The position numbers and the translations under genes are program-made. The notes beneath the pieces are model-generated. The model saw only the letters and a list, made by a program, of their open reading frames with translations. It was not told the origin of the DNA and made no database searches. Of a stretch of DNA of 56,327 nucleotides, positions 38,906 to 47,668 are shown one piece after another. Each line of letters starts with the position of its first letter. Position 1 is the stretch's first letter. This DNA comes from Pseudomonadota bacterium. Its GTDB lineage: Bacteria > Pseudomonadota > Alphaproteobacteria > Rhodobacterales > Rhodobacteraceae. Location of the stretch: positions 1 to 56,327 of the forward strand of contig JBCDFD010000001.1 of assembly GCA_039178645.1 (NCBI GenBank), in the 5' to 3' direction.

Positions 38906-39687
38906 CGGGCGGCTTTCTGTAGGCGGAAGAAAATGAGCGCTTGGGAAATGACCACAAGCGTGATGGACACGCCGAACACCAGCGTCCCGATGGCGTTCAC
39001 CTGCGGGTCGATGGTGCCTTGGACAATTTCCAGCACGTGGACCGGCAGGGTCTTGTTCAAACCCGACACGAACCACGCCACGGTGAATTCGTCGAAGCTC
39101 ACCGCCGCGGTGAGAAACAGCGCCGATAGGATCGCGGGTTTGCAAAACGGCAAGATGACTTCGCGCATGGCCCGCCATTCACTGGCCCCCAGGTTCCAGG
39201 CCGCGGCCTCCAAGCTGGTGTCAATCTGGCTGAGCCTTAGTCGGATGATCGCCATGGCAAAGGGCGCTGTGAGCACGGTATGCGCGGCGATGATCGACCC
39301 CAACTGTCCCGACACGCCCAGGCGGCTGAACCAGGCCAGCATGGCCAACGCAATGATGATCAGCGGGATCGTTGGCGGCAAAAGAATGATGGCAAGGAAC
39401 AAACCCTTGCCGCGGAAGTTGTAGCGGTAGTCGGTGTAGGCGGTGCAGAACCCCAAGGTTGTGGCGATCACCGATGTGCAGGCGGACACGATCAGGCTAT
39501 TCTTGGCCGACCGCCAAAAGTCGGGATCGGCGAAGATGGTTTCATACCAGATCGTTGTGAACCCGCTCAGCGGCAAGGTCGGGAACCGTGCGGAGTTAAA
39601 CGAAAACAGCAAGCTCACGAAGATCGGCAGGAAGATAAAGCCCGCTATCAGGATCAAATAGAGGCGTAGGAACAGGTCCAACCTCAT
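38902..39687 (-). CDS. ABC permease (PotC-like)
   Basis: SFN..P..FT..WY, LEAAAWNLGA, SFDEF and TLP motifs. Confidence 0.9.
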   Translation of the reverse strand: MRLDLFLRLYLILIAGFIFLPIFVSLLFSFNSARFPTLPLSGFTTIWYETIFADPDFWRSAKNSLIVSACTSVIATTLGFCTAYTDYRYNFRGKGLFLAIILLPPTIPLIIIALAMLAWFSRLGVSGQLGSIIAAHTVLTAPFAMAIIRLRLSQIDTSLEAAAWNLGASEWRAMREVILPFCKPAILSALFLTAAVSFDEFTVAWFVSGLNKTLPVHVLEIVQGTIDPQVNAIGTLVFGVSITLVVISQALIFFRLQKAAR

Positions 39688-40532
39688 CGGCTGGTCCTCT
39701 TTTTGTAGGCAAACATGATGGCCGCGAAGGCGATTGTAAAAAGCGTCAGCATCATAATCACGGCCACCACAGCCGCGCGGGGCCATTGCATCCCAGCCTT
39801 GGTGGTGTCGATGATCAGGATCGGCAAAGTCGGCGGTTTGGAGCCGCCCAGGTAATAGGGCGCCACAAAGTCTCCGAACGACAGAATGAACGCAAACAGC
39901 GCCGCGATCACAAACCCGGTCTTACCCGCAGGCAGCACAACCGCCCAAATGGTCCTGAGCGGCGAACACCCCAAGTTCCGGGCCGCTTGGATCAGCCGGT
40001 CGTCGATGTTGGCCATGGTCACCGTTTGCAGGATTAGCACCAGCGGCATCACCAGGGTGAGATACCCGGTCAGCGTCCCGAAGGCCGTGTTCAGCATCCG
40101 GTAAGGGCCCAGGCCCACAAGCCCAAAGGCTCCGTTCAAGACCCCCGACTCCGCCAGGATCGTGTACCAGGAAAAGGTCCGCACCAGATAGCTGGTGAAA
40201 AATGGGATGATCAGGAGCAAGATCACCACTTGGCGCGTCTGGGCCGAACAGCGAAAGGCCAGATACCACGCTGCCGGAAACGCCAGCAGCGACGCCAGCA
40301 CCGCCGACGCGGTCGCCATCACCATGGTGTATTGGTAGGCCGACCAAACGAAGTTGCGCGACAGCATGCGTTCCCAGCTGGCGAACTCGAAGGTCTCCAC
40401 CATCTGGAAATTGCGCACCACGAAAAACGACATGGCCACCACAAACACCAGCGGCACAATGAAGAATGCCGCCTGCCAAATGATGATCGGCAGGCGGAAT
40501 GTCAGGGCAAACGCGTTGAGGCGTTGTTTCAT
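39684..40532 (-). CDS. ABC permease (PotB-like)
   Basis: PFFTSYLVR, AARNLG, SFGDF.P..LGG and WP motifs. Confidence 0.9.
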   Translation of the reverse strand: MKQRLNAFALTFRLPIIIWQAAFFIVPLVFVVAMSFFVVRNFQMVETFEFASWERMLSRNFVWSAYQYTMVMATASAVLASLLAFPAAWYLAFRCSAQTRQVVILLLIIPFFTSYLVRTFSWYTILAESGVLNGAFGLVGLGPYRMLNTAFGTLTGYLTLVMPLVLILQTVTMANIDDRLIQAARNLGCSPLRTIWAVVLPAGKTGFVIAALFAFILSFGDFVAPYYLGGSKPPTLPILIIDTTKAGMQWPRAAVVAVIMMLTLFTIAFAAIMFAYKKRTSR

Positions 40533-40557
40533 GGTCGGTCAGTAACCAATCAGCCGA

Positions 40558-41688
40558 TTAGGCGTTCTTGTACTCCGACCAGAAATCGTTCCAGTCCTCC
40601 AGGCTTTGCTGAACTGGGATGTCACGGTATTTGATCCGACCCTCGTTGATCAGGGTGATTGGGTCCTGCGGATCGCCATCCACCTGCTTGGACCGCGCGG
40701 CCTCGGTCGGGTCGACCTCGTTGAGCATGGCACGGCCCGCCTTGGTCACCGCATGCCCAGGATAGCCCAACATCTGCGCGGTCTTCACCTGACCTTCGGG
40801 CGACATGGTGTAGGCGAGGTATTTCAGCGCCATATCAACCTTTTCCGAGGTCTTGGCGATGGAATAGCTTTCGGTCCACTGGATGCCGCCTTCCTTGGGC
40901 ACCACCGAGGACACCGGCGCGCCGTCCCGTTCCAGGATGCCGGTCACCCAGTCGCCAATGCCGACCATGGCCAGCATTTCGCCGTTCTTCAGGCCCGCAA
41001 AAGTGCCGCCAAAATCGAAATAGCCGCCGACCTGAGGTTTCAGGCTCAGCGTCTTCTCTTGCACCGCATCCCAAGCCGCACTGTCGATGTCGAAGGGCGA
41101 AGCATTGCCCATGAGCAGGCTCATCTGACCCAAGGTGGGCAAGTGCCAATCGAAATGACCCACTTTCCCGGTCAGACGCGGGTCCCAGAACACATCATAG
41201 GTCGCGGCCTCTTCGGCGGTCAGGGTTTCCTTGTTGTAGGACACTCCCAAATGCCCAAAGCGTGTAATCAGCGAGTACAGCTCACCGCCCGCGCCCCAGT
41301 GACCCGAGAACGCCTTGAAGTCGTCATGCAGCAGGTCGTCCATGGGATAATCGTTGGGGTCCAATTCCAACACCAAATCCTGTGCAGTGAGGATCTTGGC
41401 GTACTCGGCGTCGGTGTGGATGATGTCGAACGTGCCCGGAGGGTTCTGCGCCAGTGCCGCCAGCATGTTGTCGCCACCGGCGTAATATTTCGGCACGAAC
41501 TTGACGTTGTTGGCTTCTTCGAACGCCCCCACCATGTCCGGCTCGGCAGTGCCGTACCAGCCCAGCATGGTCAGTTCGACGGTCTGCGCCCAAGCCCGAT
41601 TCACGAACGGTGCGCTCAGCGCCACCGACGCCATGGACGTCTTCAGGAACGTACGTTTGGATTGGATCAACTTGCCATTGGTGGCCAT
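40558..41688 (-). CDS. ABC substrate-binding protein (PotD/F-like), Tat-like signal
   Basis: SKRTFLK signal; PKEGGIQW; SPEGQ. Confidence 0.88.
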   Translation of the reverse strand: MATNGKLIQSKRTFLKTSMASVALSAPFVNRAWAQTVELTMLGWYGTAEPDMVGAFEEANNVKFVPKYYAGGDNMLAALAQNPPGTFDIIHTDAEYAKILTAQDLVLELDPNDYPMDDLLHDDFKAFSGHWGAGGELYSLITRFGHLGVSYNKETLTAEEAATYDVFWDPRLTGKVGHFDWHLPTLGQMSLLMGNASPFDIDSAAWDAVQEKTLSLKPQVGGYFDFGGTFAGLKNGEMLAMVGIGDWVTGILERDGAPVSSVVPKEGGIQWTESYSIAKTSEKVDMALKYLAYTMSPEGQVKTAQMLGYPGHAVTKAGRAMLNEVDPTEAARSKQVDGDPQDPITLINEGRIKYRDIPVQQSLEDWNDFWSEYKNA

Positions 41689-41785
41689 GGAACTCTCCCC
41701 TGTTTCTTGCGTGTGCCGTTTGAGGCTCGTTATGGGTATCCGTGCAGCAACCGCGCCACGCGAATCCCAGTGCCTGTGGGGAGAC

Positions 41786-41822
41786 TGCTCCAAATCGGGT
41801 CGGGTTGCACAAAAAATGCTCA
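41786..41822. promoter_or_regulatory. Possible tandem NtrC-like sites
   Basis: TGCTCCAAATCGGGTCG (41786) and TGCACAAAAAATGCTCA (41806), 20 bp apart in the divergent intergenic region. Confidence 0.3.
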
Positions 41823-41836
41823 AAGGAGCCTACGGA

Positions 41837-42598
41837 GTGGACAGATTCCTGTTTCGTCGCCGCTTTGGTGTGCAAGGACCGGTGGTTTTGCCGGTGATCC
41901 ACGTGGTGGATGCGGCACGGACCCTGGCGAATGTCGAGGTGCTCACGGGCGAAGGCGCGGCCGGATGTTTCCTGATCAACCATGATTTTGGGGTGCCGCC
42001 ATTTCTGGACATCATCCGCGAGGTGCGCGCGGCGCAGCCTGACCTTTGGATGGGCGTGAATTTCTTAGCCGTCACCGGGCGGGCGGCCTTCCCTCAACTG
42101 GCGCGGCTCCAGGCCGAAGGATACCGGATCGACGCCTATTGGGCCGACGATGCGCGAATTGACGAGCGGGTGAGCGACCAGGTGGAAGCCGCCCAGATCG
42201 ACGCGGCGCGGGTGGGCTGGGATGGCCTCTACTTCGGCGGCACCGCGTTCAAGAAACAACGGCCCGTGGACCCAAGGGACTATGGCCGGTCGGCAGAGAT
42301 TGCGGCGGGCTGGATGGATGTGGTGACCACGTCCGGCTTGGCCACCGGAGTGGAAGTCGACGACAGCAAGATCGCCACATTCCGAACGGCCGTCGGAAGC
42401 ACCGCCTTGGCGCTCGCCTCGGGGATCACCCCAGAGAATGCCAATCGGTATGCGGAAGTGGATTGCTTCATGGTCGCCACAGGGATCAATTACGACAGCA
42501 ACTTTTATGACATCGAGCCAGTACGCTTGCGGCGTTTGATGAGAGTAGCAGAGGACTTGACCAATACGATGACTACAAGGACTGAGGGCTGTGCCTGA
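41837..42598 (+). CDS. BtpA/SgcQ-like TIM-barrel protein
   Basis: PVIH, FLIN, GVNFL, FGG.AFK, VVTTSG.ATG and ASGITPEN motifs; GTG start after AAAGGAG. Confidence 0.75.
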   Translation: MDRFLFRRRFGVQGPVVLPVIHVVDAARTLANVEVLTGEGAAGCFLINHDFGVPPFLDIIREVRAAQPDLWMGVNFLAVTGRAAFPQLARLQAEGYRIDAYWADDARIDERVSDQVEAAQIDAARVGWDGLYFGGTAFKKQRPVDPRDYGRSAEIAAGWMDVVTTSGLATGVEVDDSKIATFRTAVGSTALALASGITPENANRYAEVDCFMVATGINYDSNFYDIEPVRLRRLMRVAEDLTNTMTTRTEGCA

Positions 42599-42693
42599 CT
42601 GGGCGGGCGCGAATGCGCCTGCCGAGGGGCAGGCAGGCGCAGCCCGGCGTGTCCGCCGGGCAAAGTGGTGCAAGCAAGACCGAGGAGCCGAAT

Positions 42694-43329
42694 ATGACAA
42701 CTCAAAACAAAGGCCCCCGCGACGACCGTTGGTATTTCTCGCTCATGGCGCCCAACACCAAGGGCAAGCAATTCGCCTGGCTAGACCCGACCTCAATCTA
42801 CATCAATCAGCACGCATTCCACGACCTTCTGGATGACCTCCTGGCCGATCTGTCCGAGATCGACTTCGACGTGGTCGGAGGGTTGGATGCGATGGGATTT
42901 GTCCTGGGGGCCGCCATCGCCGCGCGGCGAGACGTGGGATTTCTGCCCATCCGCAAAGCAGGCAAGCTCTGTGTGGACACCGACAAGGTGAGCTTCACCA
43001 ACTATTTGGGTCGAACGCAGGATATGGAGATGCGCCTGCCCGCCTTTGGCCCCGGCACCCGCGTTTTGCTGGTGGACCAGTGGATCGAAACCGGTGGAAC
43101 CATGGAAGGTGCCATCGAGTTGGTGCATCGGCAACAGGGTGAGGTCGCAGGGCTGGTGGCCATCGCCATGGAGGACACGCCTCGGGCCAGCACCTTGCGC
43201 AAAACTCACAGGGTGGTCACCGCCATTCAACCTGGAACGAAGTGGCAAGACGAGTGCAACGCCCAGACCCTGTCCAGTTTCGACACCTACGACCCGGTCA
43301 AAGCCTTTCCCCAAGGGGCACCGGGCTAA
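42694..43329 (+). CDS. Type I phosphoribosyltransferase (APRT-like, variant motif)
   Basis: GLDAMGFVLG, IRKAGKL and VLLVDQWIETGGT motifs. Confidence 0.85.
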   Translation: MTTQNKGPRDDRWYFSLMAPNTKGKQFAWLDPTSIYINQHAFHDLLDDLLADLSEIDFDVVGGLDAMGFVLGAAIAARRDVGFLPIRKAGKLCVDTDKVSFTNYLGRTQDMEMRLPAFGPGTRVLLVDQWIETGGTMEGAIELVHRQQGEVAGLVAIAMEDTPRASTLRKTHRVVTAIQPGTKWQDECNAQTLSSFDTYDPVKAFPQGAPG

Positions 43330-43338
43330 GTCAAAGCC

Positions 43339-44772
43339 ATGGCCGGGAAAGCGCTCAACAAGAAGAACCTGATGGAACTGGACAAGGATGTCCTGGCTCA
43401 GCTTCTCCTCGACACAGTCAAGGGCGACGCCGCGCGGCAGCGGCATGTGCGCATGGCACTTTCGGCGGAGCAGGGCGCGACCGATGTGGCCGCCGATGTG
43501 CGCAAACGGTTCGCCTCCATCCGCCGTGCGCGCAGTTTCATTTCTCGCGGATCGCAGAAAAAACTGGCCAAGGAGCTGACCGACTTGGTGGGGCTGATCG
43601 AAATACGGCTGGCCCAGGACACGCCCGATACAGCGTTTGACTTACTCTGGGCCATGCTCGCCTTGGCCCCGTCGATTTACGAACGCACCGACGACAGTTG
43701 GGGCACCATCGGTGAAGTCATGGACACCTGCATGGAGGCGGTTGCGCGCTTGGCTCCACGTTTGGACATCGACCCCACATCGCTGGCTGAAACCGTGTTC
43801 GACGCGCTCCAGGACAATGGCTATGGGCAATACGATGGGCTCGTGGTCGCCTTGGCGGACCCGTTGGGCGACGCGGGGCTGAGCATGTTGGCCGATCGCG
43901 CGCAGGCGGCCAAGGCCGCGCCGCTGACAGATGCGGACCTGCATCGCTATCGGTTCATTCACGACGCAGCTGAACGGGAACACGCCGCCCGGAATGCGCG
44001 CGACCTGACGATGCGTATTCTGCTCAAGGATGTGGCCGACCTGCGCGGCGATGTGGATGCTTGGCTGTCACAATACAGCGCCGAGCAACTGACCTTCGCC
44101 ACCATCGCCCCAGACGCCACCCGAAGATTGCTCACTGCGGGCCGGCCCGAGGAGGCGCTGGCCACCATCCAAGCCTGCCTGGCGCGATCCGACCGCCGCC
44201 ACCCCATGGGCTTGGACAGTGAGGTGGACGAAGCCCATTTCGAGTGCCTCGCCGCCTTGGGTCAGCGGGACGAGTTGCGCACCGCGCTGCGTTCGAAATT
44301 CGAAACTCACCTCTGCCCCGATGCCCTGCGACGCTACCTCAAATCCTTGCCAGATTTCGAAGACGACGAAGCGTTGGAGCAGGCCCGCGCCCATGTCTTG
44401 GATTTCCCCGATGTGATCACCGCGCTGGTGTTTTGCCACGATTGGCCGGACCCGAGACTCGCAGACGACCTGATCACCGTGCGCCATGACGAGTTCGACG
44501 GATACGCCTATGAGGTGCTCACCCCCGTTGCCGATTGGCTTGTCCCCCAGCACCCGCTGGCCGCCGTGATCCTGTGGCGGTCCATGATCCGGTTCGCATT
44601 GGAAAAAGGCCGATCCAAACGCTACCGCCACGCCGCGCGCCACCTGGAGGCCTGCGCTGCCGCCGATGCCGCGATCCCAAGCTACGGGTCACACCAAGAT
44701 CACATGGACTTCGTCCGCGACCTGGAAACCCGTTTTGGCAGGTCCCAAGCGTTTTGGCGGTTGGTGCGGTGA
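43339..44772 (+). CDS. DUF6880-like helical protein
   Basis: ER.DDS.G, LPDFEDD, I..ALE.GRSKRYRHAARHL and FW motifs. Confidence 0.6.
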   Translation: MAGKALNKKNLMELDKDVLAQLLLDTVKGDAARQRHVRMALSAEQGATDVAADVRKRFASIRRARSFISRGSQKKLAKELTDLVGLIEIRLAQDTPDTAFDLLWAMLALAPSIYERTDDSWGTIGEVMDTCMEAVARLAPRLDIDPTSLAETVFDALQDNGYGQYDGLVVALADPLGDAGLSMLADRAQAAKAAPLTDADLHRYRFIHDAAEREHAARNARDLTMRILLKDVADLRGDVDAWLSQYSAEQLTFATIAPDATRRLLTAGRPEEALATIQACLARSDRRHPMGLDSEVDEAHFECLAALGQRDELRTALRSKFETHLCPDALRRYLKSLPDFEDDEALEQARAHVLDFPDVITALVFCHDWPDPRLADDLITVRHDEFDGYAYEVLTPVADWLVPQHPLAAVILWRSMIRFALEKGRSKRYRHAARHLEACAAADAAIPSYGSHQDHMDFVRDLETRFGRSQAFWRLVR

Positions 44773-44792
44773 GCCAGACTTAGGCTCTCGCT

Positions 44793-44897
44793 AAAGCGCT
44801 TCCACTTTACATTGGATCACTTATTCGCTGCCTCGCGCGAGGCTCAAACGCGAAAAGCGATGATGCAAGATGCTTCAACGAAAAGTGGAAGCGCTTT
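44793..44897. mobile_element. MITE-like element with 16-bp terminal inverted repeats
   Basis: AAAGCGCTTCCACTTT ... AAAGTGGAAGCGCTTT, 105 bp, internal CCTCGCGCGAGG palindrome, no ORF. Confidence 0.65.
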
Positions 44898-44900
44898 TAC

Positions 44901-45185
44901 TCAATCATCATCATCGTCGTCGTCATCGTCATCCTGCTGGATGAGCAATTCCGCGTCGGGATGGATGGGGCGGTAGATCTCCACCCGGTCGCCATCGGCC
45001 ACCTTGGTGTCGAGCTTCTTCACCGCGCCGAAAATCCCCACCTTGTTCACCGCCAGGTCGATGTCAGGGAACTGCCCCAGGACACCGGAATGCTCGATCA
45101 CCTCTTCGACGGTGGACCCGTCCGGCACCTCGATCTTCATCCACACCTGCGCGGTGTGCGTGGCCACTGCGATCCCAACGTTCAT
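44901..45185 (-). CDS. rnfH: RnfH ubiquitin-like protein
   Basis: VGIFG and DGDRVEIYRP motifs; poly-Asp tail. Confidence 0.9.
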   Translation of the reverse strand: MNVGIAVATHTAQVWMKIEVPDGSTVEEVIEHSGVLGQFPDIDLAVNKVGIFGAVKKLDTKVADGDRVEIYRPIHPDAELLIQQDDDDDDDDDD

Positions 45186-45907
45186 TAGGCGCCCCTTTTC
45201 TTCTTGGGCGTCAGCACGCCTGTGGCGATGAATTCTGGCGTGGCGACATCATCTTCGACGACGGCCACCGCCGCGGTCCGCTGATCAATCACCGCTTTAC
45301 CGGCGAGCAAAAGACCCAACAGGATGAACCCGCCTGGGGGCAGAATCGCGATCAGGAATCCGCCGTAATCCGGCACGATTGTCATTTCCAAGAACCCAAA
45401 GGCATCGCCCAGCAGCAGCGAGGCATCGGCAAACAGCGTGCCCGAGCCAAGGATTTCGCGCACGCCGCCGAGAAGGACCAGCGCGAACATGAACCCAAGC
45501 CCCATCATCAGCCCGTCAAACACCGCCGCGCCGGGGGCATTGCGCGAGGCATAGGCCTCGGCCCGCCCCAGGATTGCGCAGTTGGTGACAATCAGCGGGA
45601 TGAAAAGGCCCAAGACCTTGTGCAAATCGTGCATCACGGCGTTCAGGACCATGTCCACCACCGTCACGATGCACGCGATGATCAGCACAAACGCTGGAAT
45701 GCGGATTTCCGGTGTGATCACATTGCGCAAGAGCGACACCGCGAGCCCTGCCATGAGCATAACCGCCAGCGACGCCAGCCCCATGCCCAGCCCATTGGTG
45801 GCCGTTCCGGTCACCGCCAGCAGTGGGCAGAGCGCCAGCAACTGGCTGAACACCACATTGCTGTCCCAAATCCCGTCGCGGGCGATTTTCTTGAAATCAA
45901 TGGCCAT
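45185..45907 (-). CDS. rnfE: Rnf complex subunit E
   Basis: LALCPLLAVT, IRIPAF, FIPLIVTNC..GRAE and LPPGGF motifs. Confidence 0.95.
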   Translation of the reverse strand: MAIDFKKIARDGIWDSNVVFSQLLALCPLLAVTGTATNGLGMGLASLAVMLMAGLAVSLLRNVITPEIRIPAFVLIIACIVTVVDMVLNAVMHDLHKVLGLFIPLIVTNCAILGRAEAYASRNAPGAAVFDGLMMGLGFMFALVLLGGVREILGSGTLFADASLLLGDAFGFLEMTIVPDYGGFLIAILPPGGFILLGLLLAGKAVIDQRTAAVAVVEDDVATPEFIATGVLTPKKKRGA

Positions 45908-46590
45908 CAGCGCGGCTCCTCAACTGGCTCGACACCGGGAGCGAGCAGCGTCGCTTCGTGGCGCGCGAACAACTCCAGCCCACGACGCACTGTGCCCACA
46001 ACGGTCCGCGGTGTGATGGTAGCGCCCGAAAACGCATCGAAGTCACCGCCATCTTTGTCGACTTTCCAACGCTCAGGCTTGGGGTTCAGCAAGGACAGAC
46101 CAGTGAACCGGGTAATCCAGTCGGACCGCTCTGCTTCGATCTTGTCGCCCAAGCCGGGGGTTTCCATGTGGCTCAGCACACGCACGCCCAAAAGCGTCCC
46201 GTCCGGTGCCACCCCGATCAGTGTCTCGATCCCGCCTGCGTAGCCATTACCTGTCAACTGATAGGCAACGCCCACGACCTCGTCCCCCATCCGGGCGCGG
46301 TAGACAGTGACAAGGCCCTCATCCAAATCCTCAAGCGTCAGTAAGGAGCGGGTGACGTCGTTGTCGTGCAGGTCCGCTGGGATCACTTGCGCCAGCGAGG
46401 CCGCCAGGTCCTCGGCATTGCGCGCCGCAATCGCGGCTTCGGTGAGGTCATCCACCAGCGCCAAGATCAGCGCCGTGGTCAGGGCAAAAAGGCCCAACAG
46501 CACCCCGTGCCCCACAGGCGCTTTGCGCAGGTCCGCGAACCCCTGGTGCAGCTTGGTGGCGATGCCCAATTCAGTGCTCTGATCAGCCAT
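45907..46590 (-). CDS. rnfG: Rnf complex subunit G
   Basis: GYAG.I, ETPGLGDKI and FMN-binding FSGATIT motifs. Confidence 0.95.
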   Translation of the reverse strand: MADQSTELGIATKLHQGFADLRKAPVGHGVLLGLFALTTALILALVDDLTEAAIAARNAEDLAASLAQVIPADLHDNDVTRSLLTLEDLDEGLVTVYRARMGDEVVGVAYQLTGNGYAGGIETLIGVAPDGTLLGVRVLSHMETPGLGDKIEAERSDWITRFTGLSLLNPKPERWKVDKDGGDFDAFSGATITPRTVVGTVRRGLELFARHEATLLAPGVEPVEEPR

Positions 46591-47668
46591 GGGATGTGTC
46601 CTTTGGCAACGGCATGGGCGCGCCCTTTCGGGTCCGACCAAAGATGCGCGGGCGGGTAAATTCGTCAATGATCGGCGCGCAGCCGTTCATGAGCAGCACA
46701 GCGAACGCCGCGCCCTCAGGGAAAGCTCCGAACGTGCGGATGATGACGATCAAAACGCCAATCCCGCAGCCGTAGATCAACTTGCCCATGCGGGAGACCG
46801 GCGACGTCACATAGTCGGTGGCAATGAAGAAAGCGCAGAGCACCAGGGCACCGGAGCTCAGATGCCAGAGCGGGGACGGATAGCTCAGCGGATCCACCCA
46901 GTGCAGCGCGCCAGAAAGGAGCGCAACCGATCCAAGAACAGCGACAGGGATGTGCCAAGAGATCAGACGCATGGCCAAGAGCATCACGCCCCCCAGCAGC
47001 AACAGCAGAGCACTGGTTTCACCCAGCGATCCCGACACCTGGCCCCAGGCCAAAGACGTCAGATCAAACGTCTCCGCCATGACCTCGGGAACAGTACGCC
47101 CGCCGCTCAGCTCTGCGGTCACTTGGCTCAGCGTTGTCGCGCCACTGAGCGCGTCCACCGAAGGACCGCGGCCAAAGGTGATTGCCAGGGCTTCAGGGAC
47201 GTTCGGGCTCAGCGGGTCGCCGATGGCATGGGGCATGACCCAAGACGTCATTTGCACCGGAAACGCCACCAGCAGGATTGCACGGGCGACCATGGCGGGG
47301 TTGAACAGGTTTTGCCCCAACCCGCCGTACACATGCTTGGCGACAACTATGGCGATCACCGCGCCCACGGCACCGACCCACCAAGGGGCCCAAGGCGGCA
47401 AGGTCATGGCAATCAACCACCCAGTGAGCATCGCCGACCCATCGGTCACATGCATCATCACCGACTTCCGGGCCAGCACCAGACAGAACGCCTCCGCCGC
47501 CAAGGCTGATGCAATGGTCACGGCAAAGAGAAACACCGCTGGCCACCCAAACAGGTAGAACCCCATGGCAGTGGCCGGGGACAGGCAGACCATGACTGCG
47601 ATCATGGTCTCCGTGACCGAGAATTTCGAATGGGTGTGCGGACCGCTCAGGATAGCTTGGATGCTCAT
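46583..47668 (-). CDS. rnfD: Rnf complex subunit D
   Basis: GGLGQNLFNPAM, SGATT, GSLGETS, ATDYVTSP and PEG.AFAVL.MN motifs. Confidence 0.95.
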   Translation of the reverse strand: MSIQAILSGPHTHSKFSVTETMIAVMVCLSPATAMGFYLFGWPAVFLFAVTIASALAAEAFCLVLARKSVMMHVTDGSAMLTGWLIAMTLPPWAPWWVGAVGAVIAIVVAKHVYGGLGQNLFNPAMVARAILLVAFPVQMTSWVMPHAIGDPLSPNVPEALAITFGRGPSVDALSGATTLSQVTAELSGGRTVPEVMAETFDLTSLAWGQVSGSLGETSALLLLLGGVMLLAMRLISWHIPVAVLGSVALLSGALHWVDPLSYPSPLWHLSSGALVLCAFFIATDYVTSPVSRMGKLIYGCGIGVLIVIIRTFGAFPEGAAFAVLLMNGCAPIIDEFTRPRIFGRTRKGAPMPLPKDTSHG

